From the NCBI GenBank assembly GCA_035696765.1, contig DASSEB010000456.1, positions 1 to 50,312 of the forward strand: a stretch of 50,312 bases of DNA. Reading direction: 5' to 3'. Origin of the DNA: Pyrinomonadaceae bacterium. Lineage in GTDB: Bacteria; Acidobacteriota; Blastocatellia; Pyrinomonadales; Pyrinomonadaceae. The position numbers and the translations under genes are program-made. This document shows, piece after piece, positions 33,672 to 42,911 of the stretch. The notes beneath the pieces were generated by a model, which did no database searches, was not told the origin of the DNA, and was given only the letters and a program-made list of their open reading frames with translations. Each line of letters begins with the position of its first letter. Position 1 is the stretch's first letter.

Positions 33672-34331
33672 CTATTTCTTTTTGAAACGCCGGCGCAAAC
33701 CGGCAGCGGTGCCGATTAGCCCTGATCCCAGCAACAGCATGCTCGTGGGTTCAGGAACTTCACCGATGTCACCACCACCAAGTCGAACCTGTCTCACATC
33801 CTGGAAGGTCGCGCCATTGATGGCGGTCAAGCTGATCGATGTCATCAGTTGCCCGTTGATAGCCGTGACCGTGAAGAAGTTCTGGCCATTGGCATCGACC
33901 GTGAAATCATCTTCAAAGAAACCGCCGTTGATATTGACACCTTCAACGTGAATCACGACCGAACCAGAGGTTGCGGCGTTTATGTTGAACACTGCACGAG
34001 TGAATGTGTCATTGTTAGCTAAACCGAAGGTGAGCTGGGTTAATGGGGAGTTTCCAGTTCCTCCGCTGACCGTAGCTTGGCCAGATGGATTAGCATTAAG
34101 CAATCCGCTGCCACTCGACGAAGTAAAGTTGACCAGCAGGTTGCTTGGGCCAACTGTACCCGTGACGGTGGTAACGTTTGTTGCCGGATTAAGCAGGACA
34201 TTATCGGTGCCTTGATTGTTGACGCCTGTGACGACAACAATGTCGGCCTTTGCCGTACCTGCGACAACGCCAACGATTGCGAAGACCGCTAGCGCAAGTA
34301 CAAATTGTTTGAGAGACCCAAATCGGGACAT
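33672..34331 (-). CDS. PEP-CTERM sorting-domain secreted protein (exosortase substrate)
   Basis: N-terminal signal peptide. C-terminus VPEPTSMLLLGSGLIGTAAGLRRRFKKK equals PEP motif + TM helix + basic tail. Confidence 0.85.
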   Translation of the reverse strand: MSRFGSLKQFVLALAVFAIVGVVAGTAKADIVVVTGVNNQGTDNVLLNPATNVTTVTGTVGPSNLLVNFTSSSGSGLLNANPSGQATVSGGTGNSPLTQLTFGLANNDTFTRAVFNINAATSGSVVIHVEGVNINGGFFEDDFTVDANGQNFFTVTAINGQLMTSISLTAINGATFQDVRQVRLGGGDIGEVPEPTSMLLLGSGLIGTAAGLRRRFKKK

Positions 34332-34509
34332 TTCAATTGCTCCTTGTTCTCTGACTCCCGAATAGGGAGACCTTTTCGATGCGTAAATTGTGGGAGGCTT
34401 GACGTCAGCAGAGCCACACGGGGCAAGTGCACGCTCTAATCAGCTCAGCCAAGATTGCTCGGAGAACTACCCGAGAAACATACGTATGTTTGGCACGTGC
34501 CCCTTCCTC

Positions 34510-34525
34510 AGCAAACACCGGGCCA
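34510..34525 (-). promoter_or_regulatory. Sigma-54 (-24/-12) promoter upstream of the PEP-CTERM gene
   Basis: Minus strand TGGCCCGGTGTTTGCT versus consensus TGGCACG-n4-TTGCW. There is one mismatch at defined positions and the GG-n10-GC spacing is correct. Confidence 0.65.
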
Positions 34526-34610
34526 CCAACCTTGGTAAGTCTTACAAAGGCAAAAGCTTAGGTAATGTTAGAGTGAATTTGTGCTCGGCCTGAGAGCTAG
34601 ACGCCAGCCG

Positions 34611-34625
34611 GTCTGAGATTCAGAC
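34611..34625. promoter_or_regulatory. Palindrome GTCTGA-gat-TCAGAC, candidate enhancer (UAS) for the NtrC-type activator or a weak terminator
   Basis: Lies 7 nt after the regulator stop and about 95 bp upstream of the -24 element. Confidence 0.3.
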
Positions 34626-34631
34626 TCAATT

Positions 34632-35984
34632 CTAGACTTTGGACGGTTGGATCTGGTGCTTCTTAATCTTCTGATAAAGCGAGCTTCGCGGAATGCCGAG
34701 GCGCTTGGCAGCCCTCTCGACCCGGCCGCGTTCCTCCTGAAGAACCCGTTCGATGTGCTGTTTTTCGAGTTCCTGGAGAGTCAGACTCGAGTCGAGAAAA
34801 GGCGTGCCGACCTGCGTGTGCCCATCGAAGTGAAGATCGTTGAGGGTGATAGTTTTCTGGTCGCTAAGCAAGACTGCGCGTTCGATTACGTTACGAAGTT
34901 CGCGGATGTTGCCTGGCCACGAATACGACTGTAATGCCTGAATGCAATTCTGGTCCAATCTCGTTTCGCCGCGGCCCAAGTCTGCTGAGACCTTATTAAG
35001 AAGGTATTGGGCCAACGTCGGGATATCTTCGATCCGCTCACGGAGAGCTGGGAACGAAAGCGGGATCGTGCTGATGCGAAAATAGAGATCGTCGCGAAAG
35101 CGCTTTTCTCTGACGAGCTGTCCGATGTCCTGGTGTGTCGCGGCAATCAGCCTTACATCCACTTGACGATCTCTAACGTCGCCCAAACGTCTGAAGCGTT
35201 TTTCTTCGAGGACCTTCAACAGCTTCGGTTGGATCTGAAGATCGACGTCGCCGACTTCGTCGAGAAAGATCGTTCCTCGATGAGCCACCTCGAACAGTCC
35301 CTGCTTTGAAGCGGTCGCACTCGTAAACGCGCCTTTTTCGTGACCGAAGAGTTCTGTTTCCAGCAGCTCGCGCGTGAGTCCGGCGCAGTTCAGATCGACA
35401 AAAGCCTCGTCAGCACGAGGACTGTTCTCGTGGAGCCAGCGCGCCAGCACGCCTTTCCCTGTTCCCGTTTCACCCAGGATCAAGACCGGACTTTCAGTGG
35501 AAAGGATCTTTCTGGCTTGATCCGCGAGGTTGCGAATGGCGGCGCTGGTGCCGATAAACGGATCGATTGCCTGCCGCACTTGTCGAGACTTACTTGCGAG
35601 TTGTTTGTGATAGTTGCGCTGCTTCTGAAGTAAACGTTGGAGAATGACGAGCAATGTGGGAAGCTCGAGCGGTTTGGTGAGGAACTGTTCCGCGCCTTCT
35701 TTGATCGCTCTTACTGCAAGATCGATCGATCCATGCGCCGTCAAAACCAGCAGGGGGATTCCCGCGTCGATCTCTCTCAAACGTGGGAGCAGATCCAGCG
35801 CGGTGCCGTCCGCCAGCATGTAGTCGGCGATGACGATGTCCGGGCGGGAGGTGCGAAACAGGTGCTGCGCGTCCTGGCAGCTCTCAGCTTCTTCGATCTC
35901 GTAACCGTGCTGTTCCAGGAAATCACGGATACCAAATCTGACTCCCGACTCATCATCGACAACCAAGACCTTGTTCCTGGACAT
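34632..35984 (-). CDS. Sigma-54-dependent response regulator (NtrC family enhancer-binding protein)
   Basis: REC domain (VLVVDDE, IADYML). AAA+ domain with GETGTGKG, ELFGHEKGAFTSA (GAFTGA loop) and FLDEVGD. C-terminal Fis-type HTH AAKRLGIPRSSLYQKIKK. Confidence 0.9.
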   Translation of the reverse strand: MSRNKVLVVDDESGVRFGIRDFLEQHGYEIEEAESCQDAQHLFRTSRPDIVIADYMLADGTALDLLPRLREIDAGIPLLVLTAHGSIDLAVRAIKEGAEQFLTKPLELPTLLVILQRLLQKQRNYHKQLASKSRQVRQAIDPFIGTSAAIRNLADQARKILSTESPVLILGETGTGKGVLARWLHENSPRADEAFVDLNCAGLTRELLETELFGHEKGAFTSATASKQGLFEVAHRGTIFLDEVGDVDLQIQPKLLKVLEEKRFRRLGDVRDRQVDVRLIAATHQDIGQLVREKRFRDDLYFRISTIPLSFPALRERIEDIPTLAQYLLNKVSADLGRGETRLDQNCIQALQSYSWPGNIRELRNVIERAVLLSDQKTITLNDLHFDGHTQVGTPFLDSSLTLQELEKQHIERVLQEERGRVERAAKRLGIPRSSLYQKIKKHQIQPSKV

Positions 35985-38209
35985 TAAGCATCTCCCTCAA
36001 CTGGTATGGGAAACCTCGCTATCATACAGGCGCCTCCTCCGGGATTATTGCCCGCGATCAGTTTTCCTCCGTGTTCCTGCATGATGCGCTGGGCGATGGC
36101 CAGGCCGAGTCCGGTCCCGCCGCGGCGCTTCGAAAAGAACGGTTCGAATATCTTTGGTAAATCTTCAGCCAGAATGCCGGCCCCCGAATCCCTGATCGCA
36201 CACTGGACCCACTCCTGGTTCCCGTCCACGATCTTCTCCGTTTCGATAGTGACTGAAGAATTGGCCGGTGAATGCTGAATGGCATTTTCGATCAAGTTTA
36301 CAAAAACTTTGGAAAGCCGGCGTCGATCGATTCTGATCTTCGGCAAAGACTCTTCGATCCTGCTTTCGAGATTTACGTGGGCCACCTCCGAGGCCGGCGT
36401 ACAGGCGCGGATGGAACGGGAGACCATCTCTTCCATTGAAACCAGGTACAACTCGCCGCGAAAAGGCTTTCCGTACTCTAACAACTCTTCCATCAGAATT
36501 GTGAGTCGTCCAATTTCATCGCGCAATACATTTGTATAACGCAAGTACTCCGTGCGGTCGCTGAATCTTGTTTCGAAGGCGTCGAGTATCGATGAGATAC
36601 CAAACAGCGGATTTCTGACTTCGTGTGCGACGCCTGCGACGAGCGAGCCGAGCAACGACATCATCTCACTTTGCCGTAACGATGCTTCGAGCTCGACGCG
36701 CTTCGTGATGTCCTGTGCGATCAAGATCGCGCGTTCGCCTGTCGAGCCGAACTCGTTGATGTGGTAGAGCGTGATGGCCCAGGTTTTATTGGTGGCGTCG
36801 TCTTTGACCTCTTCGGTGACTGGCGCACTGTTATCGCGAATATTCTCGAGGAGTTCGGCAGCCTTTTTCCAGGGCTGGTTTTCGCCGAGTTTACTCAGCG
36901 TGGTCCCGACAATCTTTTCCGCTTCGATACCAATGGTCTGTTCCGCCGCGAGGTTCGAACGTTTGATAGCACCCTCGAGATCGATGATGAGCACTGGAAA
37001 ATCGATGGCGTTGAAGGTTTGCCGCCACTCCATTGCAGACTGTTGCAGCGACGTGTGCAGGCGCTGCTGTTTCTCATCTAAAAGCTTTCTTTCGGTAACG
37101 TCGTTGACGATCACGAGCCGGCTGTTCTTGCCGTCAAAAATGACCGGATGCGAGCTCATCTCGACGTAGATCGTCTTGCCGTCCTTTGTCTTATGACGCC
37201 ACGGACTCGAGATCACGAGATCGTGAGGATCGTTTTTGATCATCAGCGTGGGAATGTCTTCATGTGGACGAATATCGTTGACGGTCATGGCGAGGAATTC
37301 GTCGCGCGTAAATCCGTAGGTGCGAGTGGCGGCTTCATTGACAGCTAAAAATGCGAGCGTGTCTTCGCGGTAGACCCAGATTGGCTGCGGTGTAGATTCA
37401 AAGAGGAGACGGTAGCGTTCTTCGGAGTCGCGCAATGCCTCCTCGAAGTGCTTTCGCTCGGTGACGTCACGAGCGAGTCCGCGAAATCCGATGGTCTCAT
37501 CGAGTTTGTCCTTGATCGGAGAGACGATCAGATCCAGCCAGCGGTCCTCGCCTCCTGCCGAACGAGCCACGAACTGGTGGCGAAACTCGCGCGTGTCCTG
37601 CGGGTTGCTGAGGCTGCCCGCGAAACCATTGGTTTCGGGAATGATGCCGAACACGGAGAAGAACGAACTGCCGATGACGTCTTCCGGCTTCCGTCCGAGA
37701 AAGTTCAGTCCGGCGAGATTGATACTGGTCAACCGGCCGGCGAGATCCTGCGTAAAAATCATGTCGCTCGCTTGTTCGACGAGGTCGCGATAACTGGCTT
37801 CGAGGCGCGAACGTTCCAGCAGCCGCGACACTTTGGCGACGAGACGCGCGGCGTCGAACGGGATCTCGAGATAATCGTCGGCGCCGGCGCGGAGGCCCGC
37901 AACCACGCTGTCGGTGTCTTTTTGCAGTGCGCTGACGAGCAGAATCGGGACCGTCTGCAACTCCGAGTCAGCGCGGATCTCGCGGCAAAACTCCAAACCA
38001 TTCATCCGCGGCATGGAGACGTCGCTGATCACGAGATCGGGACGTTTCTGCTTGGCGAGATTGAGAGCGTGCAAGCCGTCTTCTGCGGTCAGGACTGAGT
38101 ACCCGGCTTTGTGGAGCAGGTTACTCATCAGGGTCAGTTGGTCGGGCTCGTCGTTGACAATCAGGACGGAATTGTCCTCATGGCCGTTAGAGATTTCTAT
38201 CCCATCCAC
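35984..38209 (-). CDS. Hybrid sensor histidine kinase: N-terminal receiver, PAS domains, HisKA, HATPase
   Basis: REC (LIVNDEPD, VISDVSMP). Several PAS-like repeats. H-box VAHEVRNPL, N box NLIENAIQH, G boxes DSGAGI and GTGLGLAI. GTG start. The stop shares one base with the regulator ATG. Confidence 0.85.
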   Translation of the reverse strand: MDGIEISNGHEDNSVLIVNDEPDQLTLMSNLLHKAGYSVLTAEDGLHALNLAKQKRPDLVISDVSMPRMNGLEFCREIRADSELQTVPILLVSALQKDTDSVVAGLRAGADDYLEIPFDAARLVAKVSRLLERSRLEASYRDLVEQASDMIFTQDLAGRLTSINLAGLNFLGRKPEDVIGSSFFSVFGIIPETNGFAGSLSNPQDTREFRHQFVARSAGGEDRWLDLIVSPIKDKLDETIGFRGLARDVTERKHFEEALRDSEERYRLLFESTPQPIWVYREDTLAFLAVNEAATRTYGFTRDEFLAMTVNDIRPHEDIPTLMIKNDPHDLVISSPWRHKTKDGKTIYVEMSSHPVIFDGKNSRLVIVNDVTERKLLDEKQQRLHTSLQQSAMEWRQTFNAIDFPVLIIDLEGAIKRSNLAAEQTIGIEAEKIVGTTLSKLGENQPWKKAAELLENIRDNSAPVTEEVKDDATNKTWAITLYHINEFGSTGERAILIAQDITKRVELEASLRQSEMMSLLGSLVAGVAHEVRNPLFGISSILDAFETRFSDRTEYLRYTNVLRDEIGRLTILMEELLEYGKPFRGELYLVSMEEMVSRSIRACTPASEVAHVNLESRIEESLPKIRIDRRRLSKVFVNLIENAIQHSPANSSVTIETEKIVDGNQEWVQCAIRDSGAGILAEDLPKIFEPFFSKRRGGTGLGLAIAQRIMQEHGGKLIAGNNPGGGACMIARFPIPVEGDA

Positions 38210-38412
38210 CAGAGCTATACCTCGATACTGTTGCCGTAATTTGGTTTGGAATACCCGGGCGAAACGGCTTACAGGCTGTGACTTATGCGATTGGGCATTA
38301 GTTGACTAGATCCCAGCGTTTAACTGGCGTTTTAAGCGGCGCAGTATATCATATGCCTCAACTCCGCCAAGGGCGGGCAGCCTACAAGGAGGCGCGCAGT
38401 AATAATTAGGAA

Positions 38413-38472
38413 AGCACAAAAAATGCGAACATTTCAGAAAAGTTAGTTGTGGTTTTTGTGCTCATTTGTGGC
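38413..38472. repeat. Degenerate family-A repeat
   Basis: AGCACAAAAAA ... TTGTGGTTTTTGTGCTCATTTGTGGC. Confidence 0.5.
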
Positions 38473-38554
38473 TGATGCTGCCTGGGTGCAGCGGTAAACC
38501 GAAAGCGAGTTCTTTGAATCCAAAGTTTATATTTTTACAATCGGAAGCGGAGAT

Positions 38555-40051
38555 ATGGCTATGAATAGAATTGGAAGAGGAGTAATGGCCCGAGCAAACC
38601 TATTTTTGGGCCTGTTATTGGTTGTATTTACTTTCACGTCGTGCAATGCGCAGAACAAGGCAATGAGCTTCGCACCCGCTCAGCCGGCGCCGACCGTGGC
38701 GCCTTCAGATTCGGGCGCGGTGCAGGGGTCTTATGCCGACCTGGTGAGTCGAGTTTCACCGGCCGTCGTGACCATCAGATCGACGGAACGCGTGCGCGCC
38801 GCGCAGCAGTTTCCCTTCATGGACGATCCCACGTTCCGCGAGTTCTTTGGCGATCGTTTCCGGGATCAGCAACAGCAGCCGCCCCAGCGAGTGCAGGGAG
38901 TGGGCTCCGGAGTCATCGTCAATGGCGACGGTTACATCCTGACTAACCATCACGTCGTTGACGGAGCGATCGAGATCAAAGTTGAACTAACGGACAACCG
39001 CACGTTCACGGCCAAGTTGGTTGGTTCCGACCCGCCAAGCGACCTTGCAGTTTTGAAAATCGATGCGAAAAACCTGCCGACACTCTCGCTGGGCGACTCT
39101 GACAGAGTTCGCGTCGGCGACTTCGTTCTCGCCCTCGGCAATCCACTGGGAATCGGACAAACAGTCACGTCGGGCATTGTCAGCGCCAAAGGCCGGGCCA
39201 CTGGTTTGAGCGACGGCAGTTTTGAGGACTTTCTTCAGACTGATGCGGCGATCAATCGCGGCAATTCCGGTGGCGCGCTCGTGAACACCAACGGCGAACT
39301 AATCGGAATCAACTCGCAGATTCTTTCGCCGTCCGGCGGCAACATCGGTATTGGTTTCGCCATTCCGTCGAATATGGCGAAGGCCGTGCTGGACCAGTTA
39401 CTGAAAACTGGGAAAGTGCGTCGCGGAATGCTTGGCGTAACGATTCAGTCTGTGGACGCGGATCTTGCTTCGAGCTTGAATCTGCCTGCGGCGAGAGGAG
39501 CGATTGTTACTTCAGTCCAGGCCGGCGGTCCGGCTGAAAAAGCTGGAATCAAACGTGGTGACGTGATTACGGCGATCAATAAACAGCCGGTGGTCGACAA
39601 CAATAGTTTGCGTAACGCCGTCGCCAGCATGCCGCCTGGATCGAATGTCGAGGTGACCGTGATGCGCAACGGACGCGATCAAAACCTTCAGGTTGCGCTC
39701 GCGGAATTGCCCGAACGGCAGCGACCGGAAAGCGAAGAGAGCAGCAGCGGTGATGCTACCGGAACTGACAAATTCGGATTGACGTTGCAACCGCTCACTG
39801 CCGAAATGGCTTCTCGTTATGGTCTCGATGCCGACGATCAGGGATTGCTGGTCACGAAAGTGGATCCTTCCAGCAATGCCGCAAATGCCGGTATCAGGCC
39901 AGGTGACTTGATTCAGGAAGTCAACCGCCAGCAGGTAAGAACGGTTGCTGACTTCAATGCTGCGACTCAGCAATCAGGCACCCGGCCCGCCCTGGTTTTG
40001 ATCAAGCGTCGTAATAACGTAATCTACTTGACGCTCAAAGCGGGTTCCTAA
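38555..40051 (+). CDS. htrA: Periplasmic serine protease, Do/HtrA family with two PDZ domains
   Basis: Signal peptide. Catalytic His (TNHHVV), Asp (DLAVLKI), Ser (GNSGGAL). Two PDZ-like repeats. Confidence 0.9.
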   Translation: MAMNRIGRGVMARANLFLGLLLVVFTFTSCNAQNKAMSFAPAQPAPTVAPSDSGAVQGSYADLVSRVSPAVVTIRSTERVRAAQQFPFMDDPTFREFFGDRFRDQQQQPPQRVQGVGSGVIVNGDGYILTNHHVVDGAIEIKVELTDNRTFTAKLVGSDPPSDLAVLKIDAKNLPTLSLGDSDRVRVGDFVLALGNPLGIGQTVTSGIVSAKGRATGLSDGSFEDFLQTDAAINRGNSGGALVNTNGELIGINSQILSPSGGNIGIGFAIPSNMAKAVLDQLLKTGKVRRGMLGVTIQSVDADLASSLNLPAARGAIVTSVQAGGPAEKAGIKRGDVITAINKQPVVDNNSLRNAVASMPPGSNVEVTVMRNGRDQNLQVALAELPERQRPESEESSSGDATGTDKFGLTLQPLTAEMASRYGLDADDQGLLVTKVDPSSNAANAGIRPGDLIQEVNRQQVRTVADFNAATQQSGTRPALVLIKRRNNVIYLTLKAGS

Positions 40052-40072
40052 ACCGGGGAAACAAATAAGCAG

Positions 40073-40110
40073 AAAACACAAAGGCTCAAAATGAGCCTTT
40101 GTGTTTTTTT
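40073..40110 (+). terminator. Intrinsic terminator after htrA (related to the family-A motif)
   Basis: AAAACACAAAGGCTCA / TGAGCCTTTGTGTTTT perfect stem with a 3-nt loop, followed by a T-run. Confidence 0.75.
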
Positions 40111-40150
40111 GTGCCCTAAGGTACGTTCCACCATTCAAGGAGGAACGTAC

Positions 40151-40504
40151 ATGCGCGAGTTTGATCGGCGGCCCTGGGGAACGTACACGGTGCTCGAAGA
40201 GGGAACAACTTTCAAGGTCAAACGTATCGAAGTTTTACCCGGCAAGCGACTCAGTTATCAGAAACACTCGCAACGCGCCGAACACTGGGTCGTAGTAGAA
40301 GGGACCGCGAAGGTCACACTCGACGGTAAAGAGATCACCGTTCGAACTGGCGAAGCGATCGACATCCCGATCGGAGCAGCTCACCGCGTTGAGAACCCCG
40401 GCGACGCCGATTTGATCTTCATCGAAGTGCAACGAGGAAATTATCTCGGCGAGGACGATATCGAACGTCTTCAGGACGACTATGGCAGGGCTGGTAACGT
40501 GTAA
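40151..40504 (+). CDS. Cupin-domain protein (mannose-6-phosphate isomerase type II C-terminal-like)
   Basis: Cupin motifs YQKHSQRAEHWVVVEG and GAAHRVENPG. ATG at 40151 preceded by AAGGAGG. The table N-terminal extension reads through the terminator repeat. Confidence 0.75.
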   Translation: MREFDRRPWGTYTVLEEGTTFKVKRIEVLPGKRLSYQKHSQRAEHWVVVEGTAKVTLDGKEITVRTGEAIDIPIGAAHRVENPGDADLIFIEVQRGNYLGEDDIERLQDDYGRAGNV

Positions 40505-40539
40505 AACCGGTCCCTCCTCTTAAATAGAGGTCAATCAAC

Positions 40540-41982
40540 ATGGACTCCCCAAACGAACTCGCCTCCTCCGAACAAATACCGGTTCTTCACGAAGACTCAC
40601 AGAGCCTGTGGTCTGCCGTCAAGGAATCGATCCGCGGCTCGCATCGAAACTACACCACCGGTCCCATCGGTCGCGCGATTCTGTTGCTCGCCATTCCGAT
40701 GGTGCTGGAAATGATCATGGAAAGCGTGTTCGCGGTTGTCGACATCTTCTGGGTGTCGCACCTAGGAACTGACGCCGCCGCGACTGTCGGTCTCACCGAG
40801 TCCCTGCTCACTTTGATCTATGCGCTAGCCATCGGTCTAAGCATCGGCGCGATGGCGATGGTCGCGCGGCGCATCGGTGAACAGAATCCGGATGGCGCCG
40901 CACGCGCAGCGATGCAGGCCATTTTTTTGGCCCTGCTCGTGTCGATCGTCCTCGGCGCTGTTGGTGCTCCACTCGCGCCGAAACTCCTGGCTCTGATGGG
41001 CGGCTCGCCGTGGGTCATTGAGCACGGCTCCGCATTCACGCGAGTGATGCTGGCCGGAAACGTCACGGTCGTGATGCTCTTCATGATTAACGCGATCTTT
41101 CGAGGCGCGGGTGATGCAGCGATCGCGATGCGCACGTTGTGGCTCGCCAACTGGATCAACATCGCCCTCGGGCCGTGTTTGATTTTTGGACTCGGACCCT
41201 TTCCGAAACTGGGGATCGTCGGCGCTGCCATCGCCACAAACATCGGCAGAGGAACAGGTGCACTGTATGCGCTCACGAGGCTGGTTCGTTCAGGCGGCCG
41301 ATTCAACATCGAGCGCCGTCACCTGCGGATCGAACCGTCAATCATCGGCCGTCTTATCAAACTATCTTCCACCGGCACGTTTCAGGTCTTCATCGGAATG
41401 GCCAGTTGGATCGGCCTCGTCCGTATCATTTCCAGTTTCGGCAGCAATGCGGTGGCGGGTTACACGTTTGGAATTCGCGTGATCCTTTTCGCGCTCCTGC
41501 CTTCGTGGGGAATGGCGAACGCGGCCGCGACGATGGTTGGCCAGGCGCTGGGCGCACGCAATCCGGAACGTGCCGAACGCGCAGTCTGGAAAGCCGGTTT
41601 CTACAACATGATCTTCCTCGGGATCATTGGACTGCTGTTCATTCTCTTCGCGCCGCAGATCATCTGGTTCTACACGGACGATCCTAACGTCGCTCACTAC
41701 GGTGTCGATTGTCTTCGTATCGTCGCGTATGGCTTCCTGTTTTATGCTTACGGCATGGTGCTCGGGCAGTCGTTCAATGGCGCGGGAGATACCTGGACGC
41801 CGACGATCATCAACCTTTTCGTGTTCTGGCTCTGGGAGATCCCGCTCGCCTACGTGCTGAGTGTCGTCGCCGGCATGGGCCCGCGGGGCGTCTTTGTGGC
41901 GATGACCATTGCTTTTTCAACGCTAGCCGTGGTCAGCGCGGCTGTCTTCCGGCGTGGCCGCTGGAAGAAGAGAGTCGTTTGA
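40540..41982 (+). CDS. MATE-family efflux transporter
   Basis: About 12 TM helices with typical MATE N-terminal region ILLLAIPMVLEMIMESVFAVVDIFWV. Confidence 0.85.
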   Translation: MDSPNELASSEQIPVLHEDSQSLWSAVKESIRGSHRNYTTGPIGRAILLLAIPMVLEMIMESVFAVVDIFWVSHLGTDAAATVGLTESLLTLIYALAIGLSIGAMAMVARRIGEQNPDGAARAAMQAIFLALLVSIVLGAVGAPLAPKLLALMGGSPWVIEHGSAFTRVMLAGNVTVVMLFMINAIFRGAGDAAIAMRTLWLANWINIALGPCLIFGLGPFPKLGIVGAAIATNIGRGTGALYALTRLVRSGGRFNIERRHLRIEPSIIGRLIKLSSTGTFQVFIGMASWIGLVRIISSFGSNAVAGYTFGIRVILFALLPSWGMANAAATMVGQALGARNPERAERAVWKAGFYNMIFLGIIGLLFILFAPQIIWFYTDDPNVAHYGVDCLRIVAYGFLFYAYGMVLGQSFNGAGDTWTPTIINLFVFWLWEIPLAYVLSVVAGMGPRGVFVAMTIAFSTLAVVSAAVFRRGRWKKRVV

Positions 41983-42165
41983 GTTTGTCCTCTGCCGTAC
42001 ACTTTTGTGGCATAAGTACGATCAGTGCTGGCTCAGTTCGTTACGTTTTGCTTCTTCTTTTGACCTCACTTCTTATCCGTACGGTGGAATACTGACATTT
42101 TGACGCTCGTGATCGGCGGCATCTTTGTTGCGTATTAGGGTTTGCCAAATAGAGCAGGGCACGTT

Positions 42166-42229
42166 GGAGTGCGGTGACTTGCCCAAGCTTCGGATCCGCC
42201 GACCAAGCGGCGTCAAGTCGCCGCACTCC
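42166..42229 (+). promoter_or_regulatory. Long imperfect hairpin in the 5' leader of the DJ-1/PfpI gene
   Basis: GGAGTGCGGTGACTTG (42166..42181) pairs with CAAGTCGCCGCACTCC (42214..42229), with one U:G. Inner helix CCGC/GCGG. AAGCTTCG (42185..42192) could alternatively pair with CGAAGCTT (42249..42256) just before the SD. Confidence 0.35.
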
Positions 42230-42280
42230 ATGAGAGATGTCCGCTCGGCGAAGCTTTGAAGAGCAAGGAGGAGGAACCTC

Positions 42281-42847
42281 ATGGAGAAGAGATTAAAAGG
42301 AAAGAAAGTCGCGATACTGGTCGCCGACGGATTCGAACAAGTTGAACTGACCGAACCGAAGAAAGCCCTGGAAGAGGCCGGTGCGACGATCGAGATCGTC
42401 TCCCCCGCCGAAGAGCAAGTTCAGGGATGGAATCACGACGAAAAAGCGGACGCATTTAATGTTGATATGCCCCTGACCAGGGCCCGTTCTGATGATTACG
42501 ACGCATTACTATTGCCGGGTGGCGTGAGAAATCCCGATCAATTGAGAATGATGATGCGAGCGGTCGAGTTTATCGATGGGTTCTTTGTAACGGGAAAACC
42601 CGTGGCCGCGATCTGTCATGCGCCATGGACGCTAATCGACTCCGAAGTAGTTAAAGGAAGGACGATGACGTCGTGGCCGTCTTTGAAAAAGGATCTGATG
42701 AATGCCGGCGCGCGTTGGGTTGATAAAGAAGTGGTGGTTGATAACGGCTTAATAACGAGTCGGAAGCCTGCCGATATACCCGCGTTCAATAAGAAGATGA
42801 TCGAGGAGTTTGCAGAAGGCCGACATTCGCGGCAGAGAGCCGCGTGA
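42281..42847 (+). CDS. DJ-1/PfpI-family protein (type-1 glutamine amidotransferase-like / intracellular protease)
   Basis: Nucleophile elbow AAICHAPW and overall PfpI layout. AAGGAGGAGG upstream. Confidence 0.85.
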   Translation: MEKRLKGKKVAILVADGFEQVELTEPKKALEEAGATIEIVSPAEEQVQGWNHDEKADAFNVDMPLTRARSDDYDALLLPGGVRNPDQLRMMMRAVEFIDGFFVTGKPVAAICHAPWTLIDSEVVKGRTMTSWPSLKKDLMNAGARWVDKEVVVDNGLITSRKPADIPAFNKKMIEEFAEGRHSRQRAA

Positions 42848-42852
42848 GGTCT

Positions 42853-42911
42853 GCCACGGATGAACGCGGATATCATGAATAATCATCCGTGATATCCGCG
42901 ATCGTTCGTGG
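42853..42911. repeat. Family-B palindromic repeat
   Basis: GCCACGGATGAACGCGGATATCA ... TGATATCCGCGATCGTTCGTGG. Contains the stop and last ~9 codons of the MOSC gene. Confidence 0.75.
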
